This document shows, one piece after another, positions 26,751 to 38,401 of a stretch of DNA of 64,000 nucleotides. The DNA is from Mobula hypostoma (Eukaryota). Every line of letters starts with the position of its first letter. Position 1 is the first letter of the stretch. Below the pieces are notes generated by a model. That model searched no databases, was not told the origin of the DNA, and saw only the letters and a program-made list of their open reading frames with translations. Location: the NCBI RefSeq assembly GCF_963921235.1, contig NC_086100.1, forward strand, positions 48,546,001-48,610,000, read 5' to 3'. A program made the position numbers and the translations under genes.

Positions 26751-27989
26751 ATAGACAATGTTATTGTGTTAAAAGCACAATATGATTGTAGCTTGCATTA
26801 TAGTAAGTACTGAGATTCTAAAGATAGAAAACAAAGTAATGTTGTACTGCAGCACTGAGTAAATTTTAAATTCTGTGTGAAGGCAGCTACTAGCAACGTA
26901 CCAACCTTCATAATTTTTTTAAATTTCCACACCTTTGTTAACTTAGAACTGTATGTCCAGATTTGCTATATGTTTAAATGATAGCTAATATTTGTTGGAC
27001 ACTATTTTATACAATTGTGCATCAAATTTTTCCTGGGGTTTTCACCATTTATACTGGCACACAAGTATTTATTGTGTGAAAATTGATGGACGGGCTTTCA
27101 GTGGTTGATACCACCTAATTTGTTTATTGACTTCTGTAACTGCAAATTCAAGACTGTGTCAATTTTAATTGGTAGGAAAACAGGGAAAAGGAATATATTT
27201 AGTTCCAAGAGGGGAAAAAAATCAATTGTTTTAATTTAAAGCAGCAGTAAAAGTCATCCTTATGGAAGACTGGATAGGTGATATTTACTGGGAATTGTTA
27301 ATGAGAGTACATAAATGCTCTTGCTACAGACTCTTATATTGCATTTCTAGATAATAGGCTCACAGAAACTCTTGCCAATTACAGGAAATTCCCTATGTTC
27401 TCCAACAATCTGTGAAACTACTATAGGAAAGTCACCGCTGGATAGAAAATAAGTGCTGTGGGAATGTACAATCACAATTGCTGGCCTGTTTCTGAAGTTC
27501 TAATAAATTGATGACAAAGACCACCTTTCAACAAGTTGGTTCAATAGGCTGTCTCAGAATAAAAAAAACATCCAATCCTAACTAACTGAACAAAGTTCAT
27601 CATCTGAGAAATAGCCTCAGTTTGACCAAATCATATTAAACGGAAAATTGATTGATTAACATGTAGAAAGGTTTAGAAACTCAGCCCTCTTATGTTTGCT
27701 TTTCATGAACAGACAATATAAAGTAAGTATTTTGCAGCTTTCCTTTTGAAGTATTGCCTATGGCAAATTGGACCAGATATTGGATTCATACTAAACCAGG
27801 TGCCATTTTCCTATTGTATCAATGGAAATTGGTTAAAAGGGACACGCCAACAACCTTTGTTTTTACTAATCAATTGTTTTATTTTCTGTTCTGACCCACC
27901 GCAAGTTTTTGTTTGGTATTTCAGGCTTGCCTGCTTGTGCTTGAATTCGGTAGATATCCTTGGGGAAAGGTTGGAATTTGCTGTGTTAG

Positions 27990-29120
27990 GTTTTTTTTAA
28001 TTAATGTTTTTATAAGTTTCTACAATGCAACAACAAAAAAAACAGTAAAAAAAAGAGGTTTATACAGTGCAAAACAAACATATCAAATGTACAGTTCATA
28101 ACAGTTAAGGAAAAGCACCCATAGTAGAATTGTATAAAGTTAGTTACCACCCCACCCTCCCACTACCCAACTCCAAGCCAACCTTATGATATATAGAAAA
28201 GTTAATCAGTACTTCTATCACCACAGAGCTGTATTTATAAAATGAAGGTATATTGCCTGCTATCTGAGCTATAATATGTTTACACATCAAAAAAAAACCC
28301 CGTAAATCTTAACCGAAAGAAGCTGGAAAGATCCATCAGAGTGTTCTTCGTATAGGCTGGTTTCTTTGCTAAATGTTGATGTTAAAATTTTGGCTAAAGT
28401 TTTGGCTCGCAGATTAGAGAACATTCTACCCTTAATTATTTCTGAAGACCAAACTGTTTTTTCGTCTCCCTTTTTTTAATATACAGTGTCTATTTACTAT
28501 CTTATACTCACCTTCAGCTGGGATTCCTGAATGTGTCATTTCTCTAGACGCGAAGAAAGCATTTGATCGTGTGGAGTGGTATTATCTTTTTGCGGTTTTA
28601 GAAAAATTTGATTTTGGATGAAGTTTTATTACATGGATTGAATTGTTATATTCACACCCCACTGCTTCTGTCTTGACCAACTCTCAGCAATCCCAGCCTT
28701 TCAACCTTAAACATGGCACCTGGCAAGGGTGCCCTTTAAGTCCCTCACTTTTTGATCTGGCCATAGAGCCATTGGCGATTGCGTTTCGTAGCTGTGCTGA
28801 ATTGACGGGGATTTGGAGGGGGGGGGTGTTGAGCACAAAGTCTCTCTTTATGCTGATGATCTTTTACTTTTTATATCAAATCCGACTCCCTCCTTATCCC
28901 CAACGTTTTCACTCATAAACAAATTTAGCCAGCTTTCCGGGTAGAAACTTAATTTACATAAGAGCAAACTCTTTCCAATAAACAGAGAAGCACAAATATT
29001 AGAATTTCATAACCTCCCTTTTCAAGTAGTAAATAATCAAGTCACTTACCTTGGCATTACAGTAACCAAGGGTTTATTTTGGAGAAAATTTCACCAATCT
29101 TTTAAATCATACAAAACAAC
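27990..29120. mobile_element. L1-clade fragments: minus-strand 3' end (27990-28330) and plus-strand ORF2 RT (28340-29120)
   Basis: YRLVSLLNVDVKILAKVLARRL, ISLDAKKAFDRVEW, GTWQGCPLSPSLFDLAIEPLA and HKVSLYADDLLL with frameshifts; poly-T at about 27991. Confidence 0.85.
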
Positions 29121-29146
29121 CTTTTATATCTCCCTTCTTAAATCAA

Positions 29147-29348
29147 GGAGCCATGTACCTGTTTTCACTGGAGGAGCCATGTATCTGTTTTCACTGGAGG
29201 AGCCATGTATCTATTTTCACTGGAGGAGACACGTACCTGTTTTCACTGGAGGAGCCATGTATCTGTTTTCACTGGAGGAGCCATGTATCTATTTTCACTG
29301 GAGGAGCCACGTACCTGTTTTCACTGGAGGAGCCACGTATCTGTTTTC
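29147..29348. repeat. 26-bp minisatellite, about 7.8 units, with 78-bp higher-order period
   Basis: Unit GGAGCCAYGTAYCTRTTTTCACTGGA; variants cycle ACCTG / ATCTG / ATCTA in units 1-3, 4-6 and 7-8. Confidence 0.97.
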
Positions 29349-31532
29349 GATCTGCATAGTATTCTGTGTTGCACATTTATTATGTTTATTATGGTAGTTA
29401 GTCACATGGATGGGGGTGTGGCAAAGGCGTATGGTTTAGTTATGTAATTGTGCTTTGTTTTCAGAAGTTTAGTTTAGTACAGGAGCCTGATCGATGTCAT
29501 ATCTTTGTTGACTGCTTAACTTACACTTAATTATGCTTAACTTGGTTTAATTATATTTGAAATCGCTTAACTCTACTTAATTTTGATTAAGTCTGCTTAA
29601 GTACATTTAATGTAGCTAGTTTTAGTTTCAGAAATTGCATTGCTTCAAGATTGAATGTTTTGCTAGTTGCTAATAAAGGATCGAATACATTTCTTCGACT
29701 TGGTGGAATATTATGATTGGATTGATCAGTGGGCATATCAAACAAGGATAACAATCCGTGGGGGTTGCCAGCAGCAGCATTGTTTTGGTAGTGTTTGTTC
29801 TACAGTCATCATGCATGTAGTGGTTTGCCTATCCCAGCATGTGAAGCCAGACTCTGGTGGATTGAGCGGACGAGACCAATGGAAGGTCCAACGGTCAAGA
29901 AGGTGGTTTCTGCAAGCATCGTGGAACGTGTAGAACAGGACAAGACACAGCAGGTGTCCTGGTCATCCACTACGCCTCATCCCATCTCCAGCCGTCTCGT
30001 CTCTCTCTTGCCACTGGATCCAGATGGTAATTGGGAAGAGAGAGTGAGGCTGACGCTGCACAACTCTCCCTCACTTAAATCCAAATCTCGTGCTAGTCTC
30101 GACACCATCGTAATGGTGTTGAGGACGTCGACGATGGACGAACTCAATGCAGTGGTTGCTCCGTGTTTTCAAGGCTTTCCTTTAGCGCCTGTTTTATATT
30201 TCATAAATCTGCTCCAGTAATTTTAATGTGCTAAAATCTTATTGTCACGGCCCCAAGCATTTGATATTGAATCTGCACATTGATATCTTCAGGATGCTTC
30301 TATCTGTGGGCCCATCTGTGAGCCGGTGATAATTGTGATATCAGAAATGGTATGTCTTCCCTATGTATTGGAGGGGATATTTATCTGGGTACATATACTG
30401 GTGCTGATGCCTTTGTCACAATTCCTTTCCTGTCATTATGCTCTCCACTACATGTCTGTAGACGTTTGTCAAGGTTTTAGATTTCATGCAACATCTTCGC
30501 CAACTCCTAAGGAAGTAGGGGTATTGCCATGCTTTCTTCATTATCCCACTTACATGCTGGGCCAGGGACAGATACTTCAAATAATATCATCGAGGAATTT
30601 AAGATGGCTGACCCTCTGCACCTATGATCCTCCAATGAGGAGGGGCTCCTGGACATCTGGTTTCCTCCTCTTGAAGTGAGCAATCAGCTCCTTGGTCCTG
30701 CTAACATTGAATGAGAGCTGTTGTTGTGGCACCACAGCCAGATTTTCAATTACCCTCCTACAGTATATGTTGGCTGCATCACCATTGTATGGAACCTTCA
30801 ATGCCCTTGTAAGGAAACTACTACTACTTTGGTTAGGCCTATATCAGTAATGTCATCAGAAAACTTGAATATGCATTGGAGCTACGCTTAGCCGCACTGT
30901 CATGAGTGTAAAGCAAGTAGAGCAAGGGACTAAGCCTTGAGGTGCTGATGAAGAGCATGGAAGAGATGTTGTTGCGAATCCAAACTGACTGGGGTCTGCA
31001 AGTGAAGAAATCAAGAATCCCACTGCACAAAGGTATTGAGGCCAGGGGTTTGAAGCTTACTGACTAGCTTTGAGGGAATGATGGTATTGAATGTTGAGCT
31101 GTAGTTGATAAATAACATCCTGATGTACGCACCTTTGCTGTCCAGAAGTTTCAGGGTTGAGTGAAGAGCCAATGAGATAACATCTGCTGTGGACCTATTA
31201 GTTCCAGTAGGCAAATTGGTGCGGATCCAAGTCTTTTCTCAGGCAGCAGTTGGTATGTCTCATCACCAACCTCTCAAAACACTTCATCACAGTGGATGTA
31301 ATTGCTACTGAATGATAGTCATTGAGGCAGATTACCATGCTCTTCTTAGACGCTGGTGTAATTGAAGCCTGCTTGAAGCAGGTGGGTACCTCAGACTGCC
31401 AAAGCAAGAGTTTAAAGATCTGAGTGAAAAATCCAGCCAGTTGATCAGCACAGGTCTTTAGTACTTGGCCAGAACCTGGGCTGGATGATTTTCGTGGGTT
31501 CACACTCCTGAAGGCTGCTCACATGTCAGCCT

Positions 31533-33852
31533 GGTGACATGAACATCGATTCACCATTTCCCAACCCCTTTTCCCTCTCTCACCTTATCTCCTTGCCTGC
31601 CCATCGCCTCCGTCTTGCACTCCTCCGCCCCCCTTTTCTTTCTTCCATGGCCTTCAGTCCTTTCCTATCAGATTCCCCCTTCTCAGGGGGGCATCAAGTG
31701 ATGACGTGGGATTGAGACGTGTAAATCCAGCTCTCCCGTAAAAAATCAGTAAAGTACCGTTTAAACAACGTAAAGTTAATGAATACTTTCCGAAAACTAC
31801 TTATAAACTTCGTAAGACTACTCTACGATATGCCTCGTAACCCACAACAGAAGAAATCTGTTGTTGTGAAGTCGCAGCGAGATGGGAAGAAAAAAGGGCC
31901 CACTGCAGCGATGGAGCCTCGAATTCAGCTTGGATCTCCTTCGGAGGAGATGCGCTCTATCTCCGCTGGAGAACAGGGAGCAATGGCGGCCATAGCGGTC
32001 TCTCGGAAGAAGGTGCCGGAAATGCGCATGCGCAAATTGACACAACTTAAACTACAAGAACCAACGGCCACTGCAAGTGAAAGTGACTCAGAGTCAGAAT
32101 CGGATACCGCAGAGAATACAGATGAAGGAGAGGAGGAAGAACTGGAAGAGACTGGAAGTAAAGGAGACGACGGAGACATAAGACAGGCTTTATTGCAATT
32201 AACGGCTGAAATAAGAAAATTAAGAACAGAACTTAGAAGGGGGAATCTGATAGCTATGATAAAGCTATGAAAAGACAGGATAAAATGGATAAGAAACTTC
32301 AGAAGATGGAAAGAACAATGGAGCATATTAACGATAGAGTGGAAAAAACAGAAAATAATGTGCTCGTCTGGAACACGGAAAGAAATCGACTCTTGGAAAA
32401 AGTGGACGTGTTGGAAAATTTTAGTTGGTCTTAAAGAAGGTATAGAGGGAGATAATCCAATAGAATTTTTTCAAAGATGGAACCCGAAAACCTTGCAAAT
32501 GAAAGAGGAAGACTGATCAATTGAAATTGAGCGGGCACATAGAGCTCTAAGACCAAAACCACAAGATGACCAATATCCACGATCAATTTTAATAAAATTC
32601 TTAAGATTTCAAGACAAAGAAAGGATTCTACGGGTGGCTGCCCAAGCTGCCAAGAAGAGAAAAGGGCCACTGATGATAGAAAGGAAGAAAATTTTTTTCT
32701 ACCCTGACATAAGTTATGAACTTTTGAAGAAAAGGAAGAAATTTAATCCAGTGAAAAAAGCCCTATGGGATCACAGTTATCAATTTATATTGCGTTATCC
32801 TGCAGCCTTGAAGATTTTTTTGACCGGTGGAGAAAAAAGATTTTTTGATGATTACCGGAAAGCGGAGGAGTTTGTGCGAGATTCTTTGAATATTCACAAG
32901 AACAAACCCAGGGGAGTGAGATGGATTGAAGATGAAGACTGGATTAAGGAATAGGCCTGTTGGATTTTTAGGCAGATGAATATATAAATATATTATTAGT
33001 TATATGAGGGAGGGGAAGAAAGGTTAAAATTTGAGGAATACTAGCTGGGAATAATGACATTAATTTCTCTTTTATATATATACAATTTTTTGTTACGGGG
33101 GAGCTGGAAGAAACACTGACCAATTGCTACGTTATTCATGTGTGCAAACGTGGCAATAGCCACGACCCGCAGAATGGAGGGGGGTAGTGTTGTGTATCTT
33201 TTCATTCACAACATTAGTGGGGGGGTATTTTGTTTTTTCTTTTTTTGTATCTCATCTCTTTTTTTTTGCCTGGATGATTGAGAGGGAAACACATAGCAAC
33301 ATGGTGAATTTCAAAGAGATTCCCCAGGGAACTATGAGAGTTGAGAAGCTAAGTAATGTTTTAGATATGATAAAGATCTTGGTTCCTTGGGGAAAGTAAC
33401 AAATATATAGTACACTTATTTTTAATCCCATGGAGCATGTGGAAACCTTCCAATATTCAGGCGGTCCTTTTTTTTCTCTTTTTTTTCTTTTCTCTTTAGG
33501 TAGTAGTATATATCGGGGGGGAGGGTTAAGGGGAGGGGGGAGGGTATGTATTTTTTTCTTGTATTTACTTTGAAAACTCAGTAAAAATTATGTTAAAAAA
33601 AAGATTCCCCCTTCTCCATCCCTGTATCCTTTTCACCAATCAACTTCCCAGCTCGTTACTTCACCCCTCTCCATCCCAGTTTCACCTATCACTTTGAGTT
33701 TCTCTCTCCTCTTGCCCCATCCTTTTAAATCTACCTCTTATCTTTTTTCTCCAGTCCTGCTGAAGGGTCTCAGCCAAAAACATCGACTGTACTTATTTCC
33801 ATAGATGCTGCCTGGCCAGCTGAGTTCCTCCAGCATTTTGTGTGTGTTGGTT
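31533..33852 (+). mobile_element. PLE 3' end (31533-31684 plus 33602-33852) split by the L1 derivative
   Basis: Both halves are colinear with 37360-37770 (catgaacatcgatt...tcagattcccccttctc | ...cagtcctgctgaagggtctcagccaaaaacatcgactgt...gatgctgcctggcc); hammerhead core mutated. Confidence 0.88.
31685..33601 (+). mobile_element. ORF1-only L1 derivative (HAL1-like), 15-bp TSD, poly(A)
   Basis: Perfect TSD AGATTCCCCCTTCTC (31670-31684, 33602-33616); G-run 5' end; ORF1 from ATG at 31830 to about 32954 with frameshifts (acidic tract, coiled coil, IERAHRAL, PRSILIKFL, IFFYPDISYELLKKRKKF...LRYPAALKI); no endonuclease or RT recognised; G-rich 3' UTR and A tail. Confidence 0.88.
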
Positions 33853-34369
33853 GAGGTCCCCATGTATGATTTGAAATGTGTCAGGATGGATTATTTCTTG
33901 TTTGGAGATGGCATCATGCAGTACCTCAAGGTCTTGATTATAGTTGACCACTGGTGGCATGTATACTCTGGACAGGACTATGGAGAATAACTCTCGAGGC
34001 AAATAGAACAGATGGTATTTGACTGTTAGGTGTTCAAGGTAAGGAACACGATTTTGACAAATCCTCAAATTCAGAGCACCACCATCATGAAACACACTCC
34101 TCCACCTTTTCCCTTTTCCAAATGAGCAGTTTGATCCTTGCTGTAAATCGAGAAGCCTTCAGGTCTAATCACTGTATCTGGCGTGATCGCTGAATTTTGT
34201 ATTTATTGTAGCTGATTTTTTTTTTGTCTTGTACTGTACTGCTGCCATAGGACAACAAAATTCGTGACATATGTCTATGATAATAAACCTGAATCTGATT
34301 CATATAAGTGTTATCAACCAAAAATTTAATTCCATGTCATATTATAGGTTGTTGATTTTAAGGAATGAG

Positions 34370-35850
34370 TTCAAAGTTCAAAGTAAATTTATTATCAAAG
34401 TAAGTAAGTCATATATATTACCCCGATATTGACTTACTTGCAGTCATTCACAGTAGAGCAAAAAAGTACCCAATAGAATCAATAAAAGAAACCATACACA
34501 AAGCTTGACAAGAAACTAATGTGGAAAAGAAGACAAACTATGCAAATACATAAAAAAAATAAATAAATAGAAAGATAAATTAAAAAATACTGAGAACTTG
34601 AGTTGTAGAGTCCATGAAAGTGCATCCATTGGTTGTGCTCAATGGATCAGTTCAGTGTTGTGGTGAGTGAAGTTAGATAGATAGATAGATATACTTTATT
34701 AATCCTGAGCGAAATTTGGTTTCATTACAGCCGCAAGAATAGAGCGTAAATATAGCAGTACAAAAACCCCCAACAATCAAACAACAAAATGCAAACTATG
34801 CCAGATGGAAATAAGTCCAGGACCAGCCTATTGGCTCAGGGTGTCTGACCCTCCACGGGAGGAACTGCACATTCGATTGCCACAGGCAGGAACGACCTCC
34901 CGTGCCGCCAAGTGTTGTATCACGGTGGAATGTGGCCGAAGTCCAACAGTAAAAAGTTTAATATCCAGTCTGCAAACACGTTCCTCGATCATAATATGCC
35001 CCGGATTGCACCATCTGATGTTAACCAGATCAGTAAGCACCCAACTCCTTTACGCTTACCGCTCTCAGTGCACTTCCGGTCAGCTGGAACGGTATTACCC
35101 ACCGAACTCCTCTTCTCCAAAAGTCTCTGTTGTCTCGACCCAGTCCTCTTTCCTCGTCTATGTGATCCCCCTCTGCATCCTCTGTGTGTTTTCCTCCGGA
35201 TTTCAGCAAGGGTGTCCGCCGCTCTGCTCGCTAAACCGACCGGTATTTACTGGTCCGTGGAATACACAATGCGACCTTGCTTCTGTCCCGCGTGTCGGGA
35301 TGTAACCATTTACAGCACTAAAGAAAATCCAAATAAAGCTCTCTCACCAGCATGTTAGAGAGGGTGCAGCTTCGACGTGTTACCGTGAAAAAAAAATACA
35401 AAAAAATAACGTAAATTAAAAAGTGAGTTATCCACACTGGTTCAGGAGCCTCATGGTTGAAGGGTAGTAACTGTTCCTGAACCTGGTGATGTGTTACCTA
35501 AGGCCCCTGTACCTCTTTCCCGATGGTAGCACCAAGAAGAGTGCACAGCCAGGATGGTGGGGTCCGAGACGATAAAAGCTGTTTTCTGGTGGCAGTGCTC
35601 CTTGGAGTTGGGCTCAGTGAAAGGGAGCACTTTTACTATGATGGATTGTACTTTTCCATTCTTGCGCACTGGCATTTCCATTGTCAGACCAGGATTCAAC
35701 CAGCCAGGATACTCACCACTCTGCATCTATAGAAGTTTCTCAAAATTTTAGATGACATGTTGAATCCACACAAGCTTCTAAGGAAGTAGAGACAATGCCA
35801 TGCCTTCTTTGAAATGGTCCTTGCCCCTAGTCCTAGGACAGATCCCCTGA
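34370..35850 (-). mobile_element. Rex1/Babar-like LINE 3' end (host of the 34675 element)
   Basis: Tail gttcaaagttcaaagtaaatttattatcaaag; terminal ORF remnant ctgttcctgaacctggtg...ctgtacctctttcccgatggtagc. Confidence 0.7.
34675..35420 (-). mobile_element. Bipartite non-autonomous Rex1 derivative with (CTAT)n tail
   Basis: 34808-34935 matches the Rex1 3' end at 43629-43755 (aaataagtccaggaccagcctattggctcagggtgtctgaccctcca); the 5' part reads MVTSRHAGQKQGRIVYSTDQ* and RKTHRGCRGG, resembling a Rex1 ORF start; (gata)n at 34676-34692; imperfect TSD gtga(a)gtta. Confidence 0.75.
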
Positions 35851-36789
35851 TATGATCATTTCAAGGAAATTAAATTGGTAAAGGAAATATAAAATTTTAG
35901 AGCTAAACAACAAAACATACAACTTTCAATTGTGGAACAGTGAAAATCAGGGATTCTTAAGAAGTTGGAATTGGATGAACACAAAAAAACTGAGAGCATT
36001 GTTGGACCTGCTGAGGTTAAACAGATAGGGACACAATGCAATTAAGAAATATTAACTCATCAAGTGAGGATTTTAAAATCGAGTGTTCAAAATACATTGT
36101 AAAAGTTATTTCAATAGTTTTTTTTTGTTTTAGATACCATAGATACCAAAGTAGTCCCAATGTAGCAACCAATACATATGTACATTTATAGTGTGAGCTT
36201 CAGTGGCTATCACATTGGCAAAGACATCACCAACAAACGAATGAAGAGTCGGCAGATAATGATTTAAGTGAATGTGTATTTCTGATACATCTTAAAGCTT
36301 CCGAACTGGAACCCCATGCTGCTTCTACCACCTTTGCTGAACTTGTCACAGATGAATATTCATGCTGCAGAAACAACAACCATCCCCACGAGCCCTATTG
36401 AAAGAGATTATCAACTACTTGCAGGTTGGTGGCTGGATGATATTTACTGGCGGGTTGCTACATTTTACAAAGTATCACATTTTCATGAGTTAATTAACGT
36501 TTATCAATTGTACAGGCCTGAAGGCAAGAAGTGAAAGATTGCCCTAATTTCAAGACTACTACACAATTTAGTTGCTCTAGGTAATAGGCACATAATTACA
36601 ACATGAAAGGGGAAATAAGTATTAAGATGTGAAGAGACCCATAGTGCTGGAGTAGCGAGTGACACCACTATCCACTGTTCAGTTGATTGAATATTGTATT
36701 GCTCAACAACTTGCACCATTTGGCACTTGTGTCCATTATATTTCTAGTCTAATTTGCTGTGGGATCATTGACCCCTTTTTACTATTTCA

Positions 36790-37804
36790 AGCAAGAGAAA
36801 ATCTGCAGATGCTGGAACTCCGAGCAACGCACACAAAATGCTGGAGGAACTCAGCAGGCCAGGCAGCATCTGTGGAAAAGAGAACAGATGACGTTTCGGG
36901 CTGAGATCCTTCATCAGGACTGGAGACAAAAAGAGGAGTAGAGTTAAAAGGTGGGGGCAGGGGAGAGAGAAACACAAGGTGATAGGTGAAACCGGGAGAG
37001 GGAGGGGTGAAGTAAAGAACCGGGAAGTTGATTGGTGAAAGAGACACAGGGCTGGAGAAGGGGGAATCTGATAGGAGAGGATAGAAGGCTGTGGAAGAAA
37101 GAAAAAGTTGGGTGGAACACCAGAGGGAGGCAATGGGCAGGCAAGGAGATAAGGTGAGAGAGGGAAATGGGAATGGGGAATGGTGAAGGAGGGGGGCCGC
37201 TACTGGAAGTTTGAGTAATCGATGTTCATGCCATCAGGTCAGAGGCTACCCAGATGGAATAAAAGGTGTTGTTCCTCCAACCTAAGTGTGGCCTCATCAT
37301 GGGAGTGGAGGAGGCTATGGAACAACACCTTTTATTCCATCTGGGTAGCCTCTGACCTGATGGCATGAACATCGATTACTCAAACTTCCAGTAGCGGCCC
37401 CCCTCCTTCACCATTCCCCATTCCCATTTCCCTCTCTCACCTTATCTCCTTGCCTGCCCATTGCCTCCCTCTGGTGTTCCACCCAACTTTTTCTTTCTTC
37501 CACAGCCTTCTATCCTCTCCTATCAGATTCCCCCTTCTCCAGCCCTGTGTCTCTTTCACCAATCAACTTCCCGGTTCTTTACTTCACCCCTCCCTCTCCC
37601 GGTTTCACCTATCACCTTGTGTTTCTCTCTCCCCTGCCCCCACCTTTTAACTCTACTCCTCTTTTTGTCTCCAGTCCTGATGAAGGATCTCAGCCCGAAA
37701 CGTCATCTGTTCTCTTTTCCACAGATGCTGCCTGGCCTGCTGAGTTCCTCCAGCATTTTGTGTGCGTTGCTCGGAGTTCCAGCATCTGCAGATTTTCTCT
37801 TGCT
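36790..37804. repeat. Long inverted repeat: 486-bp arms (36790-37275, 37319-37804), 43-nt spacer
   Basis: Mirror positions sum to 74594 at both ends; mirrored ORF translations match in three frames; no mismatch found by eye. Confidence 0.97.
37672..37709 (+). ncRNA. Minimal hammerhead ribozyme motif (mirror copy on minus strand at 36885-36922)
   Basis: CAGTC-CTGATGA-AGGATCTCAGCCC-GAAA-CGTC-ATCTG; catalytic boxes intact, stems I and II weakened by substitutions. Confidence 0.7.
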
Positions 37805-38401
37805 ATCGGAATGGGAATAGGAAGTGGAATAAAAATGGGTGGCCACTGGGAGATCCCACGTTTTCTGACAGATAGAGTGTAGGTGCTCGGTGAAGTAGTT
37901 TCCCATTCCATGCCAAGCCTCACCAGTTTTCAGGAGACCACACCGGGAGCACCGAACACAGTATATGGCCCCCAACAGACTCACATATGAAGTGTTGCCT
38001 CTCCTGGAAAGACTGTTTGAGGCCCTGAATGGTAGTGAGGGAGGAGGTGTCGGGGCAGGTGTAGCACTTGTTCTGCTTGCAAGGATAAGTGCCAGAAGGG
38101 AGATCAGTGGGGAGGGACAAATGGACAAGGGAGTCGTGTAGGGAGTGATCCCTGTGGAAAGCAAAGTGAGGGGGAGGGAAAGATATGCTTGGTGGTTGGG
38201 ATACTGTTGGACATGGCATTACTATTTCTCTGTTTGCAAGCAAGTCTAACCTGCATAACACAGCGCGCAGTAATTGAAGTGGTAATGGACATAATCCTCA
38301 TTCATCTATTGATACCCTACGTATCAATGTAATATTCTGCATCATCACATTTTAATATCATAACATAATAAAAAGGTGGAGCCTGAGCTGTGTCACAGCA
38401 C

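Larger units (their letters stand above)
30440..34190 (-). mobile_element. Rex1/Babar-clade LINE, fragmented, split by nested PLE and L1
   Basis: RT: MNPRKS...LKTCADQLAG.FT.IF...VPTCFKQ...CLNDY..VA.TSTVMKCFERLV...LDPHQFAY and NRSTADVIS...[14 protein letters not shown]; endonuclease: LEHLTVK..FYLPRE...VYMPP...GDLN (33853-34095). Confidence 0.88.
36789..38218 (-). mobile_element. Penelope-like element (Neptune-type), 5'-truncated, GIY-YIG endonuclease remnant, 10-bp TSD
   Basis: Cys-rich linker GTYPCKQNKCYTC, then AIYCVRCSRCGLL..GE, FTEHLHSI, DLPVATHF...SHSD; the reading resumes after the duplicated arm as EATLRLEEQHLLFHLGSL*PDGMNID. TSD TTACTATTTC at 36779-36788 and 38219-38228. Confidence 0.9.

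Noticed and set aside
29147-29348. CRISPR-like array
   Set aside because: Units are head-to-tail with no unique spacers, and the context is eukaryotic with no cas genes; it is a minisatellite.
29735-30145. Distinct GC-richer SINE-like element
   Set aside because: Looks repeat-like, but family, boundaries and TSD could not be supported by eye.
36765-37882. Pairs of identical small proteins on opposite strands (MPPSGV..., MSLSPI..., MPAHCL...)
   Set aside because: Consequence of the inverted repeat over a pyrimidine-rich UTR; no coding evidence.
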